64,000 nt of DNA from Euprymna scolopes (GCA_053919585.1 CM132817.1), one strand, 5' to 3'. Shown: positions 25,397 to 38,865, counted from the stretch's first letter. Notes: generated by a model from the letters alone, not told the origin. Translations and numbers: made by a program.

Positions 25397-28000
25397 ATAT
25401 CTTGATATTGTAATCATATTTTTTCTCAAGAAAATAAACCTCTGTTGATATGCAATGCTTATTGCATAGAATTGATTGAGTATCTTGATATTGTAGCCAT
25501 ATTGTTTTCTCTAGCAAATAAACCTCTGTTGACATGCAATGCTTACTGCATACAATTGATTTAATATCTTTATATTGTAACCATATTGCTTTCTCCAGGA
25601 AATAAACCTCTGCTGACATTCGATGCTTATTGCATAGAATTGAGTGAATGTCTTGATATTGTAATCATAGTGTTTTCTCCAGTAAATAAACATCTATTGA
25701 CATGCAATGCTTACTGCATAGAATTGATTGAATATCTTGATATTGTAATCATAGTGTTTTCTCCAGCAAATAAACCTCTATTGACATGCAATGCTTATTG
25801 CGTAGAATTGATATAATATCGAGATATGGTAAGCATATTTTTCCCAATCAAATAAACCGCTGTTGACATGCACTGCTTATTGCACAGAATTAATTGAATA
25901 TCTTTATATTGTAACCATATTGTTTCTCCAGGAAATAAACCTCCGTTCACATGCAATGCTTATTGCATAGAATTGATTCAATATCTTGATATTGTAAGAC
26001 TATTGTTTTTTCAAGCAAATTAACCTCTGTTTACATGCAATTCTTACTGCATAGAATTGATTGAATGTCTTGATATTGTAACCATATTGTTTTCTCCAGC
26101 AAATAAACCTCCGTTTACATGCAGTTCTTATTGCGTAGAATTGATTGAATATCTTGAAATTGTAACTATATAATTTTCCCCGCCAAAGAAAGCTCTGTTG
26201 ACATGCAATACTTACTGAATAGAATTGATTAAATATCTTGATATTGTAACCATATTGTGTTGTCCAGCAAATAAACCTATGCTGACGTACAATGCTTATT
26301 CATACAATTGATTGAAAATCTTGATATTGTCACCATATTGTTTTCTCAGGCTAATTAATCTCTGTTAACATAGAATGCTTATTGCACAGAATTGATTGAA
26401 TATCTTGATATTGTAACCATACTGTTTTCTCAAACAAATAAACCTATGTTGACATAGAATGCTTACCGCATAGAATAGATTGAATATCTTGTTATTGTAA
26501 GCGTATTGTTTTCTACGGCAAATAAACCTGTGTTAATATGCAATGCTTACTGTATATATTTGATTGAATATCTTTATATTTTAACCTTATTTTTTTCTCA
26601 AGCAGATAAACCGCAGCTGACATGCAAGTCTGACTGCATAGAATTGATTGAATATCTTGATATCGTAACCATATTGTTTTCTCAAGCAAATAAACCTCTG
26701 TATACAGGCAATGATTACTGCATAGAATTGATTGAATATCTTGATACTGTAACTATATTGTTTTCTCAAGCAAACAAACCTCAGTTGAAATGACAATGCT
26801 TGCTGCATAGAATTGATTGTATGTCTTGATATTGTAACCATATTCTTTCTCTAGCAAACAAACCTCAGTTGAAATGCAATGTTTATTGCATAGAATTGAT
26901 TGAATATATTTATCTGGTAACAATATTGTTTTCTCCAGCAAAGAAACCGCTGTTGACATGCAATACTTATTGCATAGAATTGATTGAATGTCTTAATCTT
27001 GTAACCATATTGTTTTCTCAGGCAAATAAACTCCGTTGACATGCAATTCTTACTGCATAGAATTGATTAAATATATTGTAACCACATTGCTTTCTCCAGG
27101 AAATAAACCTCTATGGATGTGCAATGCTTATTGGATAGAATTGATTGAATATCTTGATATTGTAAGAATATTGTTTTCTCCAGCAAATAAACCTCTATTG
27201 ACATGCAATGCGAATCGCATAGAATTGATGTAATATCTTGATATGGTTACAATATTGTTTTCTCCAGCAAATAAACCTCTATTGACATGCAATGCGAATC
27301 GCATAGAATTGATGTAATATCTTGATATGGTTACAATATTGTTTTCTCCAGCAAATAAACCTCTATTGACATGCAATGCGAATCGCATAGAATTGATGTA
27401 ATATCTTGATATGGTTTCAATATTGTTTTCTCCAGCAAATAAACCTCTATTGACATGCAATGCGAATCGCATAGAATTGATGTAATATCTTGATATGGTT
27501 TCAATATTGTTTTCTCCAGCAAATAAACCTCTATTGACATGCAATGCGAATCGCATAGAATTGATGTAATATCTTGATATGGTTTCAATATTGTTTTCTC
27601 CAGTAAATTGACATGCAATGCTTATTGCATAGAGTTGATTGAATATCATGATATGTTAACCATCTTGTTTTCTCCAGCAAATAAACCTCTATTGACATGC
27701 AATGATTACTGCATAGAATTGATTGAATATCTTGATATTGTTACCATATTGGTTTCTCCAGGAAATAAACCTCTATTGACATGCAATGCTTACTGCATAG
27801 AATTGATTGAATATCTTAATATTGTAACCATATTGGTTTCTCCAGCAAATAAACCTCTATTGACATGCAATGCTTACTGCATAGAAATTATTGAATATCT
27901 TTATATTGTAACCATATTGTTTTCTCCAGAAAATAAACCTCTTTTGACATACAATGGGTACTCTATAGAGTGAATTGAATATGTTGGTATTGTTACCATA
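25397..28000. repeat. 84-bp tandem satellite, block 3
   Basis: Same consensus; includes five near-identical variant units at about 27180-27600. Confidence 0.96.
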
Positions 28001-29230
28001 ATCGTGAAAAAATGTTGGTTACTTCGATTACCAACAATTTTGGCACATAATGACCAGAATAGATCTAAATATCGTTTGAACACAATTTAGTTGCTTATAT
28101 GTCACATATACCCTGTTTGTTTTTATTTTTATTACAGTCCATATATGATGGTATCTATTCGTTATTCCAATTCATCTATGCTGTTATCTATTCGTTATTT
28201 TTAAACATTTTTATTTTCCTCGTAAAAAATTTAAAAGCGTAAGTTAAGAAAACTTTAAAAAGTTAAATAGAAAATAAGGAAACCCTTTACAAATCTATTA
28301 TTACTATTTCTGATTCAATTATATTTATGCATAATAGAAATATTGTTAGAAAAAAGGATCTTAGAGATTGTAAATTTTTGCACCGATCGTATAAGATCAA
28401 TAGGGAAGGTTTTTTTTAAATAATAAAAGTTAATAAAGCAATTTTAGAGATTTGTAGTGTGATAGTGCTCGTGTCTTTCTTAATATTTTAACCGAAATAT
28501 ACGGTTTACAGATTGACATTAAGGAACACCCCTAATAACTATTAACGATAAAAAGTCGCAAAAGATAGAAATTAATGAGAATAATTTAATAATCGAAAAT
28601 GTGAGCTAGCAAGGCTTACGAAATCTTCTTAATTTTATTTCTTTTCTAAAGGAAATCTGACGATTCTGCCCTTCTTACTTTGGCTCATATATGCCATCTG
28701 CAAAAGAAGATTGGAATGTTTATGCATGAGAATACCGACCCATTCGGCGAGTGATGGTGGCTAACTGAATTGAATACATTTACATAATAAATATTGAACG
28801 TCGTTCGCAAATAGCTATTGAAACATACTATGAATGCATAAAACAGCAAACAAACATGAACAGACATTAATTTCAAGGTATGCTCTAGAACAACCAGGAA
28901 TACGTAATATTGATGGCGAACCAAACTTAATCACCACGTGAAGCGTTTACATAAATCACAGAGAATTGGGGCAGGGATAGAACAATTATTGGTTTGTTTT
29001 GTACGCTAAAGTTGAAATAGCAGATCTAGTTAATAGGGGCTGTTCAGAACCTATAAAATTAATCCCCTGAATAGAGAAATTCTGCACGGCTTGTATGTCT
29101 TCATAGGAAATATAAATCAAGATATAATGACACTGAACTTTACGTTTAAAATACTTATTCCAATTTTGATAAACCCCACATTACATGATATTGATAAATA
29201 TCATATATATATATAAAAAGTTCCCAAAAT

Positions 29231-29440
29231 CAAGGGCTTATGGTTCTAAAATAATTAATGGGAGTTTCAATAATATTACTTAATATGTTTTTAGGATGTT
29301 GTCCAAATTAAGGCTTAAGGTTCTAAAAGATAAATCAAAATTCAAATAATATTGCTTAAATTGTTTTTAGAATGTTTTCCAATTTAAGGCTTTAGGTTCT
29401 AACAAAAATAAATAAAAATTCAAATAATATTGCTTAATTT
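29231..29440. repeat. ~77-bp degenerate tandem repeat, 3 copies
   Basis: AAGGCTTAAGGTTCTAAAA...AATAATATTGCTTAA recurs near 29232, 29310 and 29385. Confidence 0.7.
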
Positions 29441-30734
29441 GTGCCCAATGACTATGAATCAAATTCCAATAGAGGATTGAATCCACAAAACACATAAAAA
29501 TATCCACATGTCTTATAGACAAATCGAGACAACATAATTCAAATTATACAACGAGGAAAGACAAAAATTAATGTATATTACTACAAAGTATTGTAAAAAT
29601 TAGTTATAATTTAATGTCGCTTTTCAAATTTCCTAATTTGTTATGCAAACATGTTTTTGCTTCTACAATGTCCAAGCAAAACACAGATCGGTACATTTTG
29701 CTGGGAAAAGGTAGTGGGCGAGTGGAAAATTTTAATAATGCAAAAATAGCTACAAAGTTATATGTTTATAAATATTTTTTATGAACCTAATATTTAATTT
29801 TGTATCAACCTAATAATTATTATTCTACATATTTATCAAATAAAGATATAGACTAGATAAACAATAATCACATGACTTGCATCAGCTTATAAATAAAATA
29901 GATCGCTCATCTCCTCAATAAAAATGCAATTTTTATGCATTTTCATTGATTCACACCTTGGATAAGATGTACACAATAAAAAAAATGACGTAAATTGAAT
30001 TCGAGCATAAATTAGTTGTTATGATTTACAAAACGTCCCAGCAGAAGAACGTTGTAGGTGCAACTTTACAATTTGTTGAGAGAACCCAGGATTGAAAAAT
30101 TGTTCAATAATTAATGAAAATGATGGAGTCGCCATGTTTAACTCCCTTCGGTGCTTTGTTCTTCATGTACGCGCTTGGGGAAAAATATTGATACAATCAT
30201 TTCCAATATCGAATTCAAGCAAGTAAATAACTCGCATCACAATGATAATGCGTAAGATACAACAAAGACATATCTGTGTGTTCGTGTATACACGCATGGA
30301 TATGTGTTTTGGTCTTTCTAAGTAATTCAAAAATATATGTAGTTCATACATAAAATATTCTCATATTCTACATAAACACCATATTTCGAGAAGAAGGCTG
30401 TAACTGATACCGCAATACAATTGAAAATAACGAATCTCATTGGAAATAATTTAAATCTAAAAACTATATGTGAAGTATCGGATATTTATTTTGATAAAAC
30501 GACATGAAATATAAATTGTAATAGCATGAAGAACAGCTTGTAAATGTCATTTGAGAAATATCTGAGCAGCATGTCATCAAATATAGGAGTGACGAAATTA
30601 AAAATTAAAAATTCGAAGAATGAAAAATAGTTCGATTATTTAGGTGACTAGTTCGATTATCTTCAAATCTTATTCTAATGTATGACGTTATTCAAATCAC
30701 GGGTTATTTCTGGAATGAATTGCTTTATTTGATG

Positions 30735-30793
<59 letters not shown>

Positions 30794-30794
<1 letters not shown>

Positions 30795-31255
30795 TAGAAG
30801 GCCACCGGGTATTGCCCGGTCGTAAAATACGCTAAAATATGATATTTTGATTAATGCAGATTTGGTATTTATTATTCCACCACCGTGCGCCACCACCGAG
30901 AAACGAAAACAAAACGTTTAGCCTACGATTTACTTTTTCCTTTGACGTTAATGCCTGAGCTATGAAGACATATTTGCTGCAAAGCAGAAGAATTTTTGCT
31001 GCAAAGCGAATAATATTAAGATATTAATATTATTCATCATGAACCAACAGCTAGTTCGATACGCATGTATATTCGCAATGCCGCCGTTGATCTTCGCCTG
31101 GGATATTCAATTTTTTTTAATTTTCACACTTTTGCACCGATTTTCCCCGGCTAAAACCCAAATATAAAGTTTAGTTCAGATACCCTATATATTACATTTC
31201 ATGTCTGTAGACGAAAAACTGGCAGAGGTGTTCGGTACGCTAATTTTTTTACGCA
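30794..31255 (-). mobile_element. non-autonomous Helitron-like element (3' terminus in a TA microsatellite; far end undefined, runs toward gap)
   Basis: The minus strand ends with hairpin ACCGGGCAATACCCGGT (30804-30820), 6 nt before CTAG followed by T. Confidence 0.55.
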
Positions 31256-31385
31256 NNNNNNNNNNNNNNNNNNNNNNNNNNNNNNNNNNNNNNNNNNNNN
31301 NNNNNNNNNNNNNNNNNNNNNNNNNNNNNNNNNNNNNNNNNNNNNNNNNNNNNNNNNNNNNNNNNNNNNNNNNNNNNNNNNNNNN
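31256..31385. other. assembly gap
   Basis: Run of N. Confidence 1.
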
Positions 31386-31481
31386 TTTATGTAAATATTA
31401 CGCAAATATAAATCATGTAGAATATATGCATAAATATAATTATTTCCAGCGCCAGACAACGTCGCAACTCCCAACAACAAA

Positions 31482-31527
31482 CTGGAAGACTCAAGTTTCA
31501 CCCTCATTTGGGGCTCATCAATTAGAC
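31482..31527 (-). ncRNA. minimal type I hammerhead ribozyme (copy 1, C3U, 3' strand of stem I damaged)
   Basis: GTCTAA-TTGATGA-GCCC(caaatga)GGGT-GAAAC-TTGA-GTC-TT. Confidence 0.65.
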
Positions 31528-31867
31528 ACATCCGAACTCGAGATTTGAAATCCAAGCCACTTGCATGCGAGGTGAGCACTTTATCAACTGAGCAAACACG
31601 CCACATACATAATAACGCCTATCCACTGACAGAGATCACGCAAACCGAAGCGAAATCCGACAATGGATTGAACTTATCTCATACCAGAACAACGGACGTA
31701 GTCATCGCAACAAGCTATAACCCAACCCGATGTTTCACAAGTCGGAATTTTATACACGTAGCGAGCAATCAACAATAGAACCTGTAGAATGTAAGAGAAT
31801 ATATACTTATTTCCACAGCTAGACAACGTCGCAGCTCACCAGAGCCCTGAGAGTCAACAAACCGGCA

Positions 31868-31914
31868 GTCTAAGATTTGAGTTTCTGCCTTCATTTTAGG
31901 CTCATCAGTTATAC
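31868..31914 (-). ncRNA. minimal type I hammerhead ribozyme (copy 2)
   Basis: GTATAA-CTGATGA-GCCT(aaaatga)AGGC-A-GAAAC-TCAA-ATC-TTAGAC; stem I pairs 5/6. Confidence 0.7.
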
Positions 31915-32618
31915 ACAGCCGATCTCGAGATTTAAAACCCCAAGCTTCTTGCATGAACTGAGCAAATACGCCACACACAACGTGGTTAATAGTAAAAGAA
32001 TATACCTAGAGGAAATCGGATGTCAATTTAAAGACATGTTCCGAAACTGTAGCAATATTTTACGTTGAACCTGAAGGAAAATCGATTAGGAATGGTAAAA
32101 ATAATAAAACTTAGGATATGTTAGGAATAAATGTGAAAAATAAGAAGAGAAACACAACAGCTTTAGAGGTAAAAATGAAATTGAATATGAATTAAAATGA
32201 GCAATCATAGGTAAAGCTAGTAAATATAAACCAGATAAACTTGAAAGATGTAATTTATACACTTTATGTACACTTGAATCATACCACATAGTGAGATCTA
32301 AAGAAGGAATTTTAAATAAAAGTTAGAAGTGATACAAAGCTGTCTTCATATTAATAAATGTTTATTATCATGCCTAAGCTTTGAGTAATAAATAAAACAA
32401 AGTAAATATTATATAATAGGGAAAGTTAAATATAAATTAGTAGCTACTTAAGAAAGTATGTTCAAGGAATCATTAGGTCGTTAATCTAGGAAGTAGAAAG
32501 TCTATTAACAATACTTTAAGTGTGAGAAGTAACATTAAACATAAATTTTATAATTGATATTGGTAATTAATTAATACCATAATCGTTTCAATAAGTAGTA
32601 ATAATTGATAAAAAAAAT

Positions 32619-32676
<58 letters not shown>

Positions 32677-32682
<6 letters not shown>

Positions 32683-33480
32683 ATGGACTCTCCCGTCGCT
32701 TTCGACGTATGAGGTTCGGACAACCCATATTTCTAAAACTCATTTATGCTTTTGCCTCTGATGACTTTTTAGTCCAGCAAGGGACTTGCAAACAAGGCCA
32801 CAAATAAAACATGAATGTGAATTTAACGCTGCAGATATTGGTGCGATTGCTAGTCGTTTTGCTCTTACTCTGTTTTCTTTCAGTTGCCTTAAGCTTTCAG
32901 ATTGAAACCTCTGGAGACCTTCAACACACCTTAATCTCCATCCTTTTCGGCCATTCACCTCATCTTCAAGACTCCTGTATGGTATTTTCACTGCAGACAA
33001 GTTACTCTTCAACTTGTCCTTGTACCTAAGCCAAGGACGTCCGACAATTCTTTTACCACCCTCAAATTGACTGTACATCGCAATTTTTGGAATTCTGTCA
33101 TCGGGCATCCTCAATACATGACCAGCCCACCGCAATTGCGATTGAATAAGGAATGATTCAATGCCAGATATTTTGCATTTTGTGAATAATTCGGCATTTG
33201 ATACCTTGGCGCGGAGGCTATGACCACATATGGAGCGTAGACAGCTTTTGTGGAAAACGTCCAGCTGATTAATGTGATGTCTGTATGGGATCCATGACTC
33301 AGATCCATAAAGAAGAATGGAAAGAACAACAGCACGGTAGACAAGGATTTTTGTGTCTAGTCGAATACCCCTTTCGTTCCACAAGCGATGGCGAAGATTT
33401 CCAAAGGCTGAAGTGGCCTTAGCAATCCTGTTGATAATTTCATCATCAAGAGAACCGCCCTGGTTCACCTTGCTACTATC
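32677..33480 (-). mobile_element. RTE-clade LINE, 5'-truncated 3' end with intact ORF fragment, inserted in a (TA)n microsatellite
   Basis: GSLDDEIINRIAKATSAFGNL..LW..GIRLDTKILVYRAVVLSILLYGSESW, QLRWAGHVLRMPDDRIPK, and C-terminal CFICGLVCKSLAGLKSHQRQKH. The 3' UTR has stem-loop CGTCG-AAAG-CGACG and a short CCAT-repeat tail. (TA)n on both sides. Confidence 0.93.
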
Positions 33481-33485
33481 ATATA

Positions 33486-33533
<48 letters not shown>

Positions 33534-34919
33534 TATGTGTGTGTGTGTGTGTGTGTGTGTCAAGGTATAAGTGGGTGAATATATGAATGCATATATAAGT
33601 ATACATTTATAAAATGAAAACAAATCAATAATTAAAGAAAGATTTTAAGTATCAAACCATCAATGAAATATAATAAAAATTCGAACACTACACATAATTG
33701 CAACATTTAGTATAAAAAATAGATAAATTGGATGTAGTTAACAATAAAATGAGGATAATAGTCAGGTTCATTGCAAACCTGTTTTTCGAAGTAATTAAGT
33801 TAAATACAATCGAAATCAATTATCAGAAAATATAAATATATATACATAATTAAATATGAAGTATTTACATTTAATATATAGGAGTAATAACAATCATATT
33901 GGATGCTGTATTTAGAAATAATGTAATAATGTACGATGGATATATTATAGGAAGAAGAAATCAATAACTGATTACAATAGATAGATAAACCGGATATTAT
34001 AGATTAAAATAGACTAAATGAATAATATGTAATATGTAAATTGAGTGAAAATAAAAGATAGCAGACTTATTGTATTTATAAATAAACAAATAGAATAATA
34101 AATGATAAGGATGAAAATATTATTTTATGTAATAAGAAGAATGTGTTAAAAAAATTAAGATAAAAAATGTGGTTGTACATGAGTCCTCTCCATTTGACTG
34201 ATTGAATGGCTTGTTGTGATTTTGAATTTATCCTAATTAAAATAATGATGCTTTGTTTAATAAGAAGTTAAATATAATTTCTAAGAATTAGAATGATCTT
34301 ATTTATTACAGTGATTTGAAAAAAAAAACACCCAATAAAATAGAAAATAATAAATATGTTAATCGGTAGATTTAAATAAAGTAAAATACGAAATTACTTT
34401 AATCAAGGGTTTTTTAATTAAATATGTACAGAAGTTTAGGATACTTTGTATAAAATTATTAAAAATTAATCAACAAACTAAATAAATTAGATAATGATTT
34501 AAATTATTAAAGAAATATAAAAACACAAAATAAAATAACAATTATCTATATAATAAAAATAAATAATACAATTTATTCAGTAAAATGAATGAAAAAGGAG
34601 GTGAGTTCGCTGCTTGTATTTGGAAAAATGAGAAATTGTGTTTTTATATATATTTCGGTCGTATTTTGTGTCTGATGACTATCTATTTTGGAATATCTTT
34701 CAATGTTTACACTTTCCAAATTGTTAAAAACGATTGTAACACTGAAGAAATGCATCTTATAACAAACCTGTTATAAGATGCTCTTTGTTATTACGAATTC
34801 ATAATGCTTTTCCTCGATTATTAATACTCATATTCGTTGAGCTTAATAAACTGGATAAATTAATATTGACTTTGGTTTAATTAACATTACCGAAATTCAA
34901 TAAGTAAAGTTTGGTTAAG

Positions 34920-34982
<63 letters not shown>

Positions 34983-35509
34983 CCCCCAAACCTCTCGCTT
35001 TTATGATGGGAGACTAAAACATGCTTCTCTTGTTTCAAATGACCTAAAATAATAGCAAGGAGAGACTTCATTCCAAATTTTTCTCATATGCTATATCCTC
35101 CCTGTTTTCGAAATTATGAATATCTCCAGCATCAAATAATCCCTACACACTGTGGAATTTTCTTTATATATGAAAACTGGAGAGGAGAGATATAATATAT
35201 GAGAAATATTTGGAATTATGTCTCCCCTTGCTGTAATTTCAGATCATTTGAAACCATAGCAGAACGTTTTAGTCTCCCCTCCATCAAGGCCAGAGGTTTT
35301 GGAGAAATATCAGATATTTTGAATTCATATGCCAAACTAGGGAAACAAATGAATATGATTAAACTATTTTATGACTGTTAAAAAGTGCCAAAAATAGGCT
35401 CTGGATAAGGGATAATCCCCTCAATGACCTTAAGGACAAATGCCACATAATCCACTACATAAATTAGCGTTCCAACGATTTAGAACTTATAAAATTGACA
35501 GAAATCATG

Positions 35510-35558
<49 letters not shown>

Positions 35559-35606
35559 GATAATTGACTTTGTTGTTGTTCCTTCTTATGAAACTGATTT
35601 TTAATT

Positions 35607-35784
35607 NNNNNNNNNNNNNNNNNNNNNNNNNNNNNNNNNNNNNNNNNNNNNNNNNNNNNNNNNNNNNNNNNNNNNNNNNNNNNNNNNNNNNNNNNNNNNN
35701 NNNNNNNNNNNNNNNNNNNNNNNNNNNNNNNNNNNNNNNNNNNNNNNNNNNNNNNNNNNNNNNNNNNNNNNNNNNNNNNNNNNN
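35607..35784. other. assembly gap
   Basis: Run of N. Confidence 1.
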
Positions 35785-36009
35785 TTCATGATGTTGACAT
35801 CTTACAATGTATCCCTTTAATTCAGTTGACATTTACAATTCTTAACCGTATCTGTAAAGAACTGTAAATATCGCCGAATTAAAGGAATTAATCGTAAGAT
35901 GGTCAACATCATGACGTTGGAATATAGACTTTTGTCATTCATTTATTATATTGGTCTGTAATTACATTGAGCTTCTTAAATAAGTATTGGTATATATTAT
36001 AAGGAAAGA

Positions 36010-36163
36010 NNNNNNNNNNNNNNNNNNNNNNNNNNNNNNNNNNNNNNNNNNNNNNNNNNNNNNNNNNNNNNNNNNNNNNNNNNNNNNNNNNNNNNNNNNN
36101 NNNNNNNNNNNNNNNNNNNNNNNNNNNNNNNNNNNNNNNNNNNNNNNNNNNNNNNNNNNNNNN
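36010..36163. other. assembly gap
   Basis: Run of N. Confidence 1.
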
Positions 36164-36437
36164 GTATTGAATATTGAAATGCTCATATCTTTTGTTCTAT
36201 CGGCCGAAACTACATGAAAATTTGAAGGCTTTTGGAAGATTATAATACTCTTCTATAGCTAAAATGTTATGACAAGTAGTAAAAATAAACTATATTTTAA
36301 AACCAATAAAATATGCCTTAATTTTCCTACATTTGTATATATAGCGTCCTGGTGGACTAGTTTAGTTTTACTGCTTTAGAATAGATTTTGCTGAGTTTTT
36401 TTTACTTGGTTGTCTACCCTGTGACCTTTCCAGGCTA

Positions 36438-36499
<62 letters not shown>

Positions 36500-37504
36500 A
36501 TCACGGCTAAATTTATGGAGTGCTTTTAATGTTTATATCAGTGTCTGTCTTTAAGAATCTACCAAAAATTAGGTATATATAATCAATATAAAATTTTCAC
36601 CGACTAATAATTAAAGAATGCATTTTAGATGTGTATAAATTTTGATCATATTCGCTTTATAAACATTTTTTTGGGAATTCATTTTCCCCTTCCTTATTTG
36701 TCCCTTGTTCACCCCCTTAAATCCAAGCGATCCACTAAGCACACACTCATTTTGTGGTAGGAGGTTGAACGAGTTTAGAAAAATAAAAAAAACAAAAAAA
36801 AATTCTACAGGTTGCTTTCGATATCGAAGATTGAAATCGGAAATTTGAATGTGTTTAATTCTTTTATCTTTTGCGTTTTGAATATGTTATCAATAATTAT
36901 TATCTTTTAGACGAGGATAAAAACATCATTTTTTACGAAAACGCTAAAATAGGCAGGATCTCTAAAAATAAATTATAAATTTTATTTTAGAATGTGTAAA
37001 CTTTCCATATGCCAGTAGATAAAAATGCTCCCCTCAAAAAGAAAAAAAAACAGGTTGTGAAAATTATAAGTGATAATTATATCTGCGTATTAGAGTTTTT
37101 TCAAGATACGGAAGCCCGTTACCGGTTACAAAAAGTTATCTTCTTTTTTAATAATATACTATAACTATGAAGACATGGATTTCCGTAGATGAGGGTTGTG
37201 ATATTCTAAGAAGTTGCATTCCCCCAGAGGGTTACCAAAAAACGGCCCTTTTATAGATCACGAAATTCTAATGAAGTCTTTGTCAACTAAATTCATGCAA
37301 TAAAGAATGAGGGAAAATACAGTATGATGTAGTTCATGGAAAAAAGTGTGGCTCATTAGTTATTATTAATTAGAATATAAGAAAGGAAAAATGGTTTTAA
37401 TCATGAACTAAAAAGTGACTAAATTGATATTAAAACTGAGAAATATAATGCTAAAAATTTGTTTGATGTAAAAATAGAAAAGAAAAACAGTTTTTCTCTA
37501 CTTC

Positions 37505-38162
37505 TGTAACCCCTAAACGTGTGGCTCCCTCATCAGATCGCCGACTCCCAACGTTGTGTACCGTGGATCTTTCGTTCATGGCCGGATCGTCATTTACTCG
37601 CTAGCGAATGTCGGTGAGGACACACGCGTGGTTTCACAAAAGTGCAAATATGAACAAAGAAAGGAAAAACACAAACGCCAATGTTCACATATAAATTGAC
37701 TGTTGGACTTGTGAGTGGGTGTGTGTGTGTATGTGTGTGTGTGTGTGTCTTCTCGTTCTATCGATGTTACATTCGTCTATCTCTGTTGAAATTGTTCACG
37801 TCTCTATTTCACAGTCAACTCTATAACTGTTCAACTGTAGTCGTTATCAACTCCCATCCGTCGTCTAGCGCATCTAGATCTCAACTGCCTGTCTTCTCTG
37901 TCTTCGCCTCTCAGGTCGCCCACCCCACCCTGGCTGTTTTCTCAGTAGATTTGTATTGTTATTGTTTGCTATTTCCTATCTATCGTTGATTGTAGGATAT
38001 TTCCCATTTCGTTGTTCATTCTAAGCTTTTTCTTATATATTGTTGATTGTAGGATATTTCCGATTTCTTTGTTTATTCTAAGCTATTTCCTCTTCCTTTG
38101 TCTATCCCCCCCTTAGCACTTAGTGGCTCAAATCCACGACAGGCCCACTTTATAGTATCACA
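37505..38162. mobile_element. solo LTR (658 bp), probably Gypsy-type
   Basis: TGTAAC...ATCACA termini flanked by the 4-bp direct repeat CTTC (37501-37504, 38163-38166). GC-richer than flanks, with an internal ~58-bp tandem duplication. Confidence 0.75.
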
Positions 38163-38805
38163 CTTCTAACAAGTATTAGAAAAAAATTAAATCTTGATTG
38201 ATCAATTATTATAAAAGAAAAAATGATAAAGCTCAAAATAACATATTTAATCATAAATGGCGTTTGTAATTATAATTTAATTTAATCATAAAAAAATGTC
38301 TGTCTAGTTACATTAAAATTTATGAAAGAGTTTAAATAAATATTTAGACACGACTGAGTTCCCATACGAAAAATTCAAGATGGCAGCGGCAAGCACATTG
38401 TTTCTAAAATGTATGAGATGTGCGAAATAATTGAATTATTTGAATTTCTTTAAATATAAGGTAATTATATTCTAATATTTTTGTATATTATTATAGCCAA
38501 TTGTAGTAAATTTTATTAACATATAAAACAAGTTTAATTGATTTGAAAACCTGTAAAAATATTTATGTTTTGTTGACATACGGCAGAAAATGGGTAAAAC
38601 GCGTTTTTTATTTATTTAAAAACTTAATAATCCATTAAACATCATAGGAAAGTATTACATTATTCTGCTGTTAACAAAAAACTTCAGGGTTTAATCTTTC
38701 AGGTAAGCTCAAACGTTGTTCAGAACGGATTTAAATATATTTGAATAAACTATAGAAAAACCAGTTCCCGATCGATTGGCAGTCATTATATATATATTTT
38801 AAATA

Positions 38806-38865
<60 letters not shown>

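Larger units (their letters stand above)
31416..31975 (-). mobile_element. two direct repeats (31416-31605, 31783-31975), each a tRNA-Ala-like head plus hammerhead ribozyme; TRIM/retrozyme-like non-autonomous element
   Basis: Both ~190-bp repeats are bounded by TGTAG...CCACA on the plus strand. The minus strand has GCTCAGTTGATA (A box/D arm), a CTCGCAT anticodon loop and TTCAAAT (B box/T loop), then a hammerhead. The spacer is 177 bp. Confidence 0.75.

Noticed and set aside
8275-28000. C2H2 zinc-finger gene cluster or functional Cys-rich repeat proteins
   Set aside because: No frame gives the C2H2 pattern or TGEKP linker without several frameshifts per unit, and stops and indels are frequent.
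31531-31602. Functional tRNA-Ala gene
   Set aside because: The acceptor stem does not pair, D and anticodon stems are mismatched, and the second copy is deleted; it is a repeat-borne tRNA-derived head.
31621-31668. Opposite-strand hammerhead in the spacer (ATCCA-CTGACAGA...GAAA...TGGAT)
   Set aside because: Stem I pairs, but the core has an insertion, stem II is poor and there is no UH cleavage site.
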